From the human T2T-CHM13v2.0 reference genome, Homo sapiens, in assembly GCF_009914755.1 (NCBI RefSeq), contig NC_060928.1: a stretch of 64,000 bases of DNA; one strand, 5' to 3'. A program made the translations under genes and the position numbers. Below the pieces are notes generated by a model. That model was not told the DNA's origin. It saw only the letters and a program-made list of their open reading frames with translations, and ran no database searches. Position 1 is the first letter of the stretch. Every line of letters begins with the position of its first letter. This document shows positions 29,693 to 42,288 of the stretch, piece after piece.

Positions 29693-30044
29693 CACAAATG
29701 GCTGTTAAACATAAAAAAAAAATGAAACTCATAATAGAAAACATTTTATCTATATCAGAATAACAAAGACTAAGAAGTTTGAGAACTATTATGTTGCTGA
29801 GATGAGGAAACAGGCACTCCAAAACATTTCATTGCTATGGAGTGTCCACTCCATAGCGTAGTACAACTTCTATTGTTGAGAAGCAGTTTTGTTTAGCAGG
29901 CTCCATTAACAGCACCAGAGCAGTTTCTGGCATATATTAAGCACAGGTTTTAGCTAGTATAGTTAGCACATTTTTAAATGTGCATGTCTTTTGGCCCACC
30001 TACTTCACTTGTAGGTCTTTTTTCACATGTGACATCAAATGGTT

Positions 30045-30327
30045 TCGTTTTTTTCAGACCAAGTCTTGGTCTGTTGCCCAGGCTGGAGTGCGATGGCATG
30101 ATCACAGCTCATTATAGCCTAGACATCCCAGGCTCAAGTGATCCACCTCAGCCTCCTAAATAGCCAGGACCACAGGCATGCACCACCATGCCCGGCTAAT
30201 TTTTGTATTTTTGGTAGAAACAAGGTCTATGTTGACTAGACTAGTCTCAAACTCCTGGGCTCAAGTGAGCCTCCCACCTCACACTCCCAAAGTGCTGGGA
30301 TTATAGGCGTGAGCCACCATACCCAGC
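30045..30327 (-). mobile_element. Alu (AluJ-like)
   Basis: Antisense Alu consensus. Confidence 0.92.
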
Positions 30328-30334
30328 AAGTGTT

Positions 30335-30555
<221 letters not shown>

Positions 30556-32060
30556 TTATCCTATTATCCTTAGGGAACTGGTTAAATTATGATCTATTCA
30601 ATGGGATACCATACAGATAGCTATTTAAAGGAAAATGGCAGCTCTGTTGCTCTGGGGTACTGAAAACAATCTCCAAAATAATGAGATGAATACACTTGTA
30701 TATAGGAAGCTTCTATGTAACACTGTAACATATACACACATATATATTTTTTACACCTATGTCTTTCTTAAAGGATAGATTATTGCATTGTTGGTGTTGC
30801 CTCCTGGGACAGGGTAGCAGAATCAAGAAAGAGTATAAACTATTACATATCCTTTTACATTCTGAACTATTAAGATATGATCTATTTTTAAAAAGAAAAC
30901 AGGTTTCACAAACACACTTCCAAGTAGTGGCTGGTGTGAGATCTAATTCTTGCCCTCATTTTAGTTCTTTCCAATATGTTCACTCCTTGAAGTCACCTGG
31001 TCTTGATTATTGAGAATTTGGGGAATTTTGATCCACACTTACAAGAATATCAAACATGAGCCAGGAAGGATCCATCTCAAATCCTGAGTTCATTCTGGAG
31101 GAACTCTTGATTAAAAGAATAGTTCTTAGCTTAGAAACTTAAAAGTATATTTTATGGAAAAGATAATGAAAGAAGTCACAGACTCCCAAAAAGAAAGGTG
31201 ACAAGGAACCCAACAGGTCTGCCTCTTGGATCTAATTTATTTAGAAATTCTTAAATAAACAAACTTACTTACTCTATTTCAGTTTTAGAAACTCTTATTC
31301 GATATCCTTTATGCAGTAGTTACTACTTTAAAATAACACTTCGACCATTAAAACACTGTGAAGTAGGTAAAGTTCATACTGCTAGCATTTGGTAGAGGTA
31401 GGGAACTGGGTCTCAGACATAGGTAGTATCTAAAATAGATTACCCCAAATGTTTTAGCATATTAAGTCATCTACCACCAGGAAACACTGAAAATTAGTTT
31501 TCATCTTATGATAAGTGAAAGCCCCAAGTCTGAATGTAAGATTTCTTATTTTTATGTAGGCCAATTTATCAATTCTTTCATGGCTTTGGGAGGTCTCTCC
31601 CACTCAGAATATAATTAATAGAGGGCAATCATAAAGATGATTGAAGATTTTACTTAAGTCCATTTGTTCTAATACCCCACTATTTAACAGAGAATTATCT
31701 TACCGAATATGAGACAACCAAAGCTCCCATGGTTGGGTAACAGAAATCCTGACTTCTATTTTAAAGTTTGGTAGGTAACCAAGATTGTCAAATTTAACTC
31801 TAAAATTGTCAACAAATAGCTTACTTCTATAATTCTATAAGCACATAGCCAACCAGATGGCCAACCTTCACTAATAATCTCTAATGAAAGTTATCTTAAT
31901 TCAAATACAGCAACTGCTTCCTTAAACAAGCATTTTTAAAATAACTGCCTTCCCCGTAAATAATACAATTCCCAGGTAAGTTTAGTCATGGAATATAACC
32001 ATCTCAAACGGCTTCTTAGTTACCCATAATTCTAAAGCTTAAGACCAAAATGAAGATATA

Positions 32061-32298
32061 CAGTAATCCTCCCTTACCATGGCTTCACTTTCCCACAGTA
32101 CAGTATTTTCAGACCACATTCACAAAACTTACTAGTTATAAATGTTCTCATTATTGCTGTTAATCTTACTGTGCCTAATTTATAAATTAAACTTTATCAC
32201 AGTTGCGTATGTATAGGAAAAAACAAGGCTTCAATACTCTTGGCTCTTTCAGGCATCCACTGTAGGTCTTACACCCCACAGATAAGGAGGGACTACTG
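32061..32298. mobile_element. TcMar-Tigger MITE (MER44-like)
   Basis: TA TSDs; TIRs cagtaatcctcccttacc ... gataaggagggactactg. Confidence 0.82.
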
Positions 32299-32477
32299 TA
32301 ACTCAAAACCTAATCCGGTATTCTATCTTGAAACAGCTCAACTTAATAGCAGAAAACTTAATCTTGTTATTGAATTTTGTTTCAGTTTGTCCTTTTAGAT
32401 ATGAATTCACATTCTAGCCCCTCTTCTTCCCATTAAAGAGAATTTTTCACCCAAAATAAACTTGTTAAACAATATAC

Positions 32478-32872
<395 letters not shown>

Positions 32873-33119
32873 TCAAGTACAAAACTTAACGTTCTGTAAA
32901 ACTGCATAAATTCTTATAAAGTTCACTGAGTTCAACATGTAACTTTTAAAGAACATTTTGCAAATATGAGCATGTTTGGTTTTAATTCTCAAACATTTTA
33001 CTAGGTCAACTGTGTCTAAGAACTACTAGGCAGAAATACCGAAAAAAATCAACATAGCTCTGGTCTTCAAATGGCTTTTTTAAAGTGAAAATTAACTTAG
33101 CATATTAAGACAAAGACAA

Positions 33120-33504
33120 TAGAAATAATATACATAATTTTATTACAAAATTTTTTTTAAAAAAACGAAATGCAACATCCTAAAAAACCCAAAATTTACT
33201 ATTGATACTAATTCCTACAAGTTTGCTGTGCTACCATACACAAGAAATTAAAAAAACCATTAAATATTTAGGAACATTCAACATCAGAAGCTGTAAAATC
33301 TAACTGTATGAGTAGCCCATCAAAAAGCTACAACCTGCATTTTTTAAAAGTATTTTCTCTACAGAGAATCTTATCAGCTATACAAAAATCTGTACAGTTT
33401 TTATACTGAAGCTAGTATTGAGCTGCACTTGAATTCACATTCTTAGCAAAATAATTGCCTGAGCACACACACACATTCCACACGCATCATTAAAGGATAG
33501 CCAT
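33120..33504 (-). other. HMGB2: HMGB2 3'UTR
   Basis: U-rich sequence between the stop and AATAAA; contains a miR-23 8mer seed match (AATGTGAA, 33441-33434); longer 3' ends are possible. Confidence 0.8.
33139..33144 (-). terminator. HMGB2 polyadenylation signal AATAAA
   Basis: TTTATT on + strand; UGUA immediately upstream and U/GU-rich sequence downstream; an alternative ATTAAA lies at 32986-32981. Confidence 0.8.
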
Positions 33505-33663
33505 TTATTCTTCATCTTCATCCTCTTCCTCCTCATCTTCATCTTCTTCTTCCTCCTCCTCCTCCTCATCTTCTGGTTCGTTCTTCTTCTTTGAGCCTGT
33601 TGGCCTGCCAGGGCCCTTCTTTCCTGCTTCACTTTTGCCCTTGGCACGATATGCAGCAATATC
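33505..33663 (-). CDS. HMGB2: HMGB2 exon 5 coding part (acidic tail and stop)
   Basis: [30 protein letters not shown] plus a 22-residue D/E tail and TAA; the four coding exons total 630 nt, i.e. 209 aa plus stop. Confidence 0.98.
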   Translation of the reverse strand, partial: DIAAYRAKGKSEAGKKGPGRPTGSKKKNEPEDEEEEEEEEDEDEEEEDEDEE

Positions 33664-34245
33664 CTGAAATATTGTCAAAAAAATAAAGCATCCGGTATCA
33701 TTACTCAACTGTGAAAAACCACTTAGTTGTAAACAATCTAAGATGATTGACCAATAACCCTAATAACTGTCTAAAAAGGTAACCAGTCTAAGTTTTTAGA
33801 GCACTTATCCCACTAGGCTTTAACAAGTTAATGACGTAAAATGACAAGGGTTGCGATACAGCAGTATCAGTACTTTCACTACCAATACCCTTTTACATCA
33901 CACACAGTGCCATAGTCCCTCCTGTACCTTCACATTTTATATATATCTACATAAAACAATTTCTTTGACTCTCTGCTTAAAAAAAAAAATAACAGACTAT
34001 ACAGACTATACAATAACTACAAGTAACTACAAGTCTGTCTGCAGGAATATACTAGTGCTACAAACACTGGTTTCAGTCAAAAGGAAGGTTTCAATTACCT
34101 TGTGTTGAAGTGTACAATTTTCATTAGGCCTTTTCAAAACATAGCTGACAACCATTAATACAAGATTAACTAAATTTCCCAGGTTTTCTACAGTTATTAC
34201 CTATACCTAGTCTTATCCACGGCTTTAAAAAAGATGACACTGTAC

Positions 34246-34420
34246 CTTTTCATATTTCTCCTTTAGCTTAGCTGCTTTCTGTTCATATGGTTGTTTATCT
34301 TTGGCTGACTGCTCAGACCACATTTCACCCAATTTCTTTGCAGTATCCCCAATGGATAGGCCAGGGTGTTCACTTTTGATCTTTGGGCGATGTTCAGAGC
34401 AAAACAGGAAGAAGGCAGAT
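34246..34420 (-). CDS. HMGB2: HMGB2 exon 4 (HMG box B)
   Basis: 175 nt; [58 protein letters not shown]; cag acceptor and gtacag donor. Confidence 0.98.
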
Positions 34421-34493
34421 CTGAAAGGAAGCAACAGAGTTTAATAAACTGAAGGAAAAATCCAAGGAGCAATTTGGGTTATTTTAAACTTAC

Positions 34494-34639
34494 GGTGGCC
34501 TTTTAGGAGCATTGGGGTCCTTTTTCTTCCCCTTCTTATCACCTTTGGGAGGAACGTAATTTTTCATCTCCCTGTCATAGCGAGCTTTGTCACTTTTTGC
34601 CATATCTTCAAACTTCGACTTCTCCTTTGCAGACATGGT
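34494..34639 (-). CDS. HMGB2: HMGB2 exon 3
   Basis: 146 nt; [48 protein letters not shown](P); cag acceptor and gtaagt donor. Confidence 0.98.
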
Positions 34640-34924
34640 CTGTGGACATAAAATAAGAGCCAAAAATACAGCAAAATTGTTACCTATAAACATCCAAAGA
34701 CGACAAGATCATCTTTAAGGACCACATTTTCCTTAACAGCATTTTGCTTTCGAAGTCTTATATAAGTAAAAACCTAAAATCGTCTGCCTGGAACTCTTAA
34801 GATATTCAGGTGAGTCACTGGGGTGGCAAAGTTGAAGCTCATGAGTTGCCTACTACCTGCCTAAGGCCCTCCTAGCCGAAAACCACACCTGCACCCCCTG
34901 AGCTCCGTCCCTCTCCTGCCTCAC

Positions 34925-35074
34925 CTTCCATCTCTCCGAACACTTCTTGGAGAATTCCGCGAAATTGACGGAAGAGTCCGGGTGTTTCTTCTTGTGCTCT
35001 TCCCGGCAGGTCTGCACGAAGAAGGCGTACGAGGACATTTTGCCCCGCGGCTTGTTGGGGTCTCCTTTACCCAT
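34925..35074 (-). CDS. HMGB2: HMGB2 exon 2 coding part (Met1-Lys50, HMG box A); the exon starts at 35094
   Basis: [50 protein letters not shown]; Kozak context AACATGG; cag acceptor at 35097-35095; AAG|gtgagg donor. Confidence 0.98.
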
Positions 35075-36860
35075 GTTGACAGATCCGCGTCCACCTGACG
35101 GGGCCGAGGGGGGAGAGGGGAAGCCGGAGGGTCGGCGCGGAGCCCGCAGCTGCCAGGGCGGGCGCTGGCGGGGCTCCGCTTCCCGCCCAAATCCGCTCCC
35201 GCCCTGCCCGCGCCCCCCTCCTCCCGAGGGCGTCCTCCCAAGGGCGGCCGCCCGCGCCCCCGCCCGCGCCCCGGCGCACACCCTCCTCCTCCTCCTCCTC
35301 CCGGCCCGAGCGGCCGCGGCTCAGCCCAGCAAGTGGCTCCCGGGGCCCGAGACGCCGCCGCCCGCCCTTCACCGAGTCCGGTGACTCCGCAAGCGCCCTC
35401 AAAACGCCTTTCCTGACAGAAATGTCCCCCAGCTCCCACGTCGCGAGCCTCACTTAACCGCTAAGCACCTCGTGACCGACATTGAAAACTCCCAGAACCG
35501 GGCCCGGTCAGGGGCAGTTTCCGCCTCCTCCGACTGCCCGCCGGCCCTCCACAGACCCAGCCCTCGCCGGCCCGCACCCCAAATGCCGCTCGCCGGGTCA
35601 GACCCCGAGAGCCACTGCGCCGAGACCGAGTAGAGGCTCTGAGGGAATGGGGAAAGGCAGGTCCACGAACCCGAGGGTATTGGAGGGTATTCTTGCCTGG
35701 TGCGAGCTTTTCCTCAGAGTCCCGCAGAGCGGCCGGACCCAACGGAGACGCTTCCCTCACGGGGCTCCGGCGTGAACTGGTTTATCTCTAACGCAATCCT
35801 CAGCCTCTTGTTTTGCAGAGTTCTCCGCGCCACGGCAACTTGACGAGCTAGGCCACGGGCCACATCCCCACTAATCTGATTGGTTCTGACGATTATTCAA
35901 ACCCAGATAGTCCCCGCCCCCTTGCCACGGAGGCTAACGATTGGTCAGTGTCTTACCAGACCCGCCCTCCACGCCCCAGCCTAGCAGGTTCGGTGGGTCG
36001 CCCAGGTCGTTAACTCCCAGACCCGTTAGAACCGGTCAGGAGAGGAATGTACTGCTCGATCCTGATTGGCGGCGGGAAGAGGGTTTGAAAAATGGCGGGC
36101 CTCACGCTGACTGGTTGGGGCTGTAAACGGTGGGAGTGGTTGGCTCGGGAAGGAAAGCCCCGCCAGATTTAAAAATACTTAGTCGGGAGACTGGGGGTTG
36201 GTCTCCTGGCTTGGCGACGGCGGCGGCTCGGTTTGCTGGCGCTAAGGTAACAGAAGAGGTCTGCCTTGCCCTTCCTCCGACCACCATTTAGGTCCTGTCT
36301 GTCCCCCGCGTCGGCTCAGCCCTGCAGCGTTGGCTCCTGGGAGCTGTAGTCGCTCTGCTCTGTTGCCCTGCAGGGTCTCCCGTGCGCCGCCCAGAGAATA
36401 ATAAATGAGGAGAGCCTGGAGTTTGCCCTGCAAAACCGATTGCCCAGCTCCTCCCGCTGTCGCTGAGGTTGTCGTAGAACTCGGGGAAGTCAAGGCAGGG
36501 AACCTCGGAAAGGGCGCGGGGGGCCGGGAGGGAACCGTTCCCGCGTCCCGTAGGGTGTTAAAAAACGTTCTGAAAGTAAGATGCTTCCCGCCGAGGGAGT
36601 TTCCCTCAGAAGGCTCCTCCTTCCTTCCCTCTTTGTCTCGGGTGACAAATACTGGGAGGTAAACAAGGGCACCCTCCGGGTCCCGAAGGGGCGGAGGCGG
36701 CGCCTTCTCCCCCGGCCCCGCCCCCTCCTACCGGGTCCGGAATTCCAAGCCCCGAGTGTCTCGGCCCCCACGCCGCACCCTGCAGCGGTGCGCCGGGAGC
36801 TCGGAGCCGGCGGCTGCCCTGTCTTTGGCTGGCCTGGCCTTCGCCTGGGCATTCACTGTC
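34930..36860. promoter_or_regulatory. CpG island / HMGB2 promoter
   Basis: Very high GC and CpG density; CCAAT boxes (ATTGG at 35879, 35940, 36065), GC box at 35912-35920, CHR-like TTTGAA (- strand 35901-35896; + strand 36084-36089), E2F-like TTCCCGCC (- strand 36078-36071; + strand 36585-36592). Confidence 0.92.
35697..35790 (-). other. HMGB2: HMGB2 non-coding exon 1 (TSS uncertain, ~35780-35870)
   Basis: Ends ...GCTCGCACCAG|gcaaga; joining it to exon 2 gives CACCAG-GTGGACGCGGATCTGTCAACATG, matching my recall of the HMGB2 5'UTR; Inr-like CCAGTTC at 35780-35774. Confidence 0.75.
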
Positions 36861-38627
36861 TCGTCCTACTAGTGTGATAGTTTTTAAAAATTGAGAATCG
36901 CATAAAAGCAATGCATGCTCCCTATCCCACTCCCAATTGCGTATATTCTCCAAACGGCATACAGCCACGTTACAGGCTCCTCCAAGCTTGGGTTAAGAAC
37001 CTCCGTGTTAGTATAGGGAGAGCGCGCCAAAGCTACCTTACCTTACTGCTTACCAGCGTCACAAGCTGCTTTTCCCAAGGTAGAGGACTTTAATTGACAT
37101 CCTGGTGTGCTATTTCTGTGGTATTTAGTTTTGAGGGATTCCCCCCATTATTGGAATATAGGTTGCGTGACTGTTTCAAGAAATTTAAATATTTTGTCTT
37201 AATTTTTCAGTAAGTTCGTTGGCACATGTTAAGACTATGCTCTTTGGTTTGTATATGGTTGTCATAATAGTATTTGAAAACCAGCAGTTGTTTATCTAGG
37301 TTTACTAATAAAAAAGATCTTAAAAAAAATGTATTTTCCTAGGAAATGGATAATGGTTGTCCAACATTGTGAATGTACTTAATGCCAGTGAATTGTACAC
37401 TTAGGAATGGGTAAAATGGTAACTTTTATGTTATGTATGTTTTACCACAAAAAAATAAAGTGGCAGTTTTTCAAACAGAAAAAAATGTATTTCCTTTTAT
37501 TTAAGGGTCCCAGAATTTTGTTAATCAAAAACCTTAGTTTATAACATTCTCTTTTCTGCCTTAAGTTGTAATACCTACAAAATTAGTTACAAGGGTGTTA
37601 TAAAAGCACCCAAAAATCCAAATTAACCAAGTAATTCATAGTACTTTATTCAAATAGCAATTAGCAGTGAGATCACTAATGCATTACACTTTTAAAACGT
37701 ATTTTTAAGTTTCTGTTTAGATTTTTTTAAATTATGGCATAAAGTAAGCTGTGCTTATATAAAAACTGGGCCTTTATTCAAGAACTGTGTATTGAATATG
37801 CCAAGCATTGAGCTTGGCAGTCGAGATACAAAGATGAAAAGTCATAGCCTGTGACCTCAAAAATTTAGAGGGACAAAAATAGGAAACAGTACAACATTAG
37901 TTAAAATTGTTCATTAATGAGAGCATAAGACAGTCACCTAAAGACTGTGTAGGGAAGTAGGAAAACTCTTCTATGAAAGTAGCATTTGAGTAGAGGTGGA
38001 TTGGAGAACGTCAAGCAGGGGGAAACAAAAAACAGAAAGGCCTTTGAGAGAGCTTTGCTTGTTTGGGGATCAACTAGTAGTAGTTCTGTATTACAGGAAC
38101 TTAATGATGATGATACTCAACCTGCAGCTTATAGAGGAATTTAGTCTTTATCTCCCCAGTGGAAAACCGGGGAAAATGAAATAATTAGGTTTCCACATTA
38201 GATAGCAGTGTTGATGGCGTGGTATAAATGAGGTAAAGTTAGAAATCAATTCACTGTGTTCATTCTTTTCTATGAGTCCGAAACTAGTCAGAGGGGCAAT
38301 GGTAATAGATGTGAGTCACTTATTTACATTAATAATCTCTCACTACAAGTTAATCAACTTTTTAATGTTCACTAAAGTTTTACTTCACTTGAGGAATTTT
38401 GCATTATTTGTATAATTTAATAAGATGGTTTCACAACCTGCTTTTTTTAATGTCACTGTAATGCAAATAGTGAATTTATTCACATCCAAAATCAGAGCCA
38501 CTAACTGAATTTTACATTCTATTCTAGCACATCTGTTTTCTAAGAATGATTCTTAGATCTCTTTTCTTTCTATTCCATCACTTAAACTAGCAATTGATTG
38601 GATTTGGGGTACTATTTTTCATAAAGG

Positions 38628-38893
38628 TTTTTTTTTTTTTTGGAGTGTAGTGGCTCAACCTCGGCTCACTGCAACCTCTGCCTCCAGGGTTCAAGTGATT
38701 CTCCTACCTCAGCCTCCTGAGTAGCTGGGATCACAGGCACGTGCCACCATGCCCAGCTAATTTTTGTATTTTTAGTAGAGATGGGGTTTCACCACGTTGG
38801 CCAGGCTGGTCTCAAACTCCTGACCTCAGGTGATCCGCCTGCCTCAGCCTCCCAAAGTGCTGGGATTATAGGTATGAGCCACGGTGCTTGACC
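38628..38893 (-). mobile_element. Alu
   Basis: Antisense Alu with a deletion next to the tail; aaaggt flanks. Confidence 0.92.
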
Positions 38894-38984
38894 CAGAAAG
38901 GTGTTTTGATCACTTCCCAGTAGTTGATGCCTAGAAGAGGCAAAGGACCACAGGGTAAGCTAAGAGTAGATGCTTGGCTCACCT

Positions 38985-39330
38985 AAGGATTATATGTTGA
39001 ATTGTGTTCCTCCCACCAACTTTCTATGTTGAAGTCCTGACTAACATCCTGTATCTCGGAAGATGATCTTACTTGGGAATATAGTCATTGCAGAAATAAC
39101 TAGTTAAGATGAGCTCACACTGCAATAGGGTGAGCCCCTAATCCAGTATGACTGATGTCCTTATCAAAAGGTGAAATTTGGACAGAGACAGCCATAGAAG
39201 TAAGATGATGTGAAAAAGACATAGGAAGAAGATGGCTATGAACAAGCCAAGGAGAGAGGCGTGGAACTGATCCTTTCCTTACAGCCTCCAAGGAAGCAGG
39301 GAAAGAACCACCCCTGCTAATACCAGTTAC
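38985..39330. mobile_element. MaLR LTR (MLT1B/C-like)
   Basis: gttgaattgtgttcctccc ... ccctaatccagtatgactgatgtccttat ... caagccaagga. Confidence 0.82.
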
Positions 39331-39982
39331 CATTCTCTTCTCCATGACAGCAGAGAAAAGGAAAACATTTCTATATTTAACCTACTTTTACCATCACTGC
39401 CCAGACTTTACTCCTATAACACACTTCCTGCCTTAAAAGTACCATTAAGAGGCACAGTAAAGTAGTAAAAGAAATAAGGCTTAGCTGAGATCGTATTATA
39501 CAGTTTTTGGTTACAGAACAACCCCATTTTTTGTGTGAAAAATATATACAGACTCTGGTAGCACAAAAAATCTAGTCCTAAATTTAATTCTCAAAAGAGG
39601 GATTAAATACACACACTCAAAACATAAGGCCAGTTCACTATACTATGAATTATTTGCCACACTATTATGACTTTATCAGAAAACTAAAATGTCCCTTAAA
39701 GAGTTAATACTAAACATCTTTCTCATTGTTTTAATCCTGTTGTGGTCCTAAATGTGAAATAAGATTGTATTTCTAAAACAGTTTTAAAGCCATTTTTTCA
39801 AGAACATATCAATTGTATATATTCTAAAAAGTCCACAAATTTATTTCTATTAAAATGATACATATTTCTAAAACATGTATCAAGATGAAACATGTATCAA
39901 GATGATATAGAGGAAAATATTTGTGTTTTTCATTTTTTAAAAAATGCATAAATTAGAACCCAGCCAGGGCTTGTGGTTTTGA

Positions 39983-40281
<299 letters not shown>

Positions 40282-40457
40282 CTTTTCTAGGCCTCAGACT
40301 GATAGACTATAAATTGAAGTTTACGGGATAATCTCCAAGGTAGAATTCAGCTCTTAAATCATGTGATTCTATAATTCTGTGAATATGTGATCATAGTGTG
40401 GGAAAATATATATTACATTTTAACTTACGCAATTGGGCAGTCAGGAAATTATAATTA

Positions 40458-41030
<573 letters not shown>

Positions 41031-41991
41031 AAAATCAAAACAGCATTAGGATAGAGTTGATAGCCCAAATATAATAAACTATGTAGACTAAACTTTAGAT
41101 TACATAATATTGCTCAGTCATCCTATTCTTTCATTAAAATGACCTTACCAGCTTTTTTCCCCGCCAGATGATATCAGTATATTACTTTACCTGCCAAACT
41201 TTGTCTGAGTTCAGCATCTCATGAATTGTAAAATATAAACATTAGGCAATAAACTAATTATGAGTTAGTGAAGCTGTTTCCAAAGTAGTCCTCTAACACC
41301 TCTAAATAGCTATTCTGTTGATAAACTGGAATTTATCTAAAGCAGTGTAATCTGACAGGAATGATCTGTGTTAATGCCAGTTATTGAAATTCCTAGCACT
41401 TATTTAGTTTTCCTAAAAATTGGACTTTTCATAATCTGTGGTCATCAAACCAGACTGGAAAATACTGATGGAAAGAGAATATACACTTTTTTTGTTAAGC
41501 CCTTCTTCTGCAAAGCAAGAAAAAGGTCTTGATAATTCTTATTTATTGACTAACTCATAGCCAACATTAAATATACTTTATATAAAGTTAGTTGCATATA
41601 AAATAATTGCTTTCTTGAGTTGCACAATGTAAAAAACCGAAAACCATTACTCTGCACACAATTTCTCAAAGATAAATCTTACATTGGAGCTTAATATTTT
41701 CAAGTTGTTTTAAAGGCTATGAGAGGGAAAGGATCAGTATACTGAAGTATTATCAAACAGGCACATCCACTAGTGGGTAGATCACCAATTCTGAAGCCTA
41801 ACTGTATACTCACCCCAAAAACTCAATTTACTGAAATAATTTAACACTCTATCTTTGAAGAAGTGAAGCACAGGTTAGGAAGAAATGAAAACCTCTCATT
41901 CTGCTGCTAACATTTTCAATGCGAAACAATTAAATAGTCAAAGATATTTTGTTTTCCTATTTAAACAATATTTTTGTAAGTCATGGTAAAC

Positions 41992-42288
41992 TGGCCAGGT
42001 GCAATAGTTCACACCTGTAATCTCAGCATTTTGGGAGGCCAAGACAGGAAGATTGCTTGAGCTAAAGAGTTCCAGACCGGCCTGGGCAACATAGTGAGAC
42101 TTCCTTTCTACTGAAAAAAAAAAAAAAAATTTAGCCAGGCTTGGTGATGCGTGCCTGCAGTCTGTACTACTGAGGCTGAGGGCAGGAGGATTGCTTGAGC
42201 ACAGGAGACAGGGGCTGCAGTGAGCTATGACTGAGCCACTGCACTCCAGCCTGGGCTACAGAGTGAGACTCTGTCTCAAAAATAATAA
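41992..42288 (+). mobile_element. Alu (AluJ-like)
   Basis: Alu consensus with a long middle A tract. Confidence 0.92.

Noticed and set aside
33435-33659. Arg/Lys/Met-rich 74-aa ORF resembling a protamine
   Set aside because: It is an alternative frame of the GAR/GAT repeats encoding the HMGB2 acidic tail, with no real start context
33505-35074. Possibility that this is an HMGB processed pseudogene or HMGB1
   Set aside because: Introns with valid splice sites, a CpG-island promoter, an intact 209-aa frame and HMGB2-type residues (GDPNKPRG, 22-residue acidic tail) indicate the functional HMGB2 gene
34921-36968. Overlapping Gly/Arg/Pro-rich ORFs on both strands of the CpG island
   Set aside because: Stop codons are scarce in GC-rich DNA; only the HMGB2 exon 2 frame is supported by splice sites and homology
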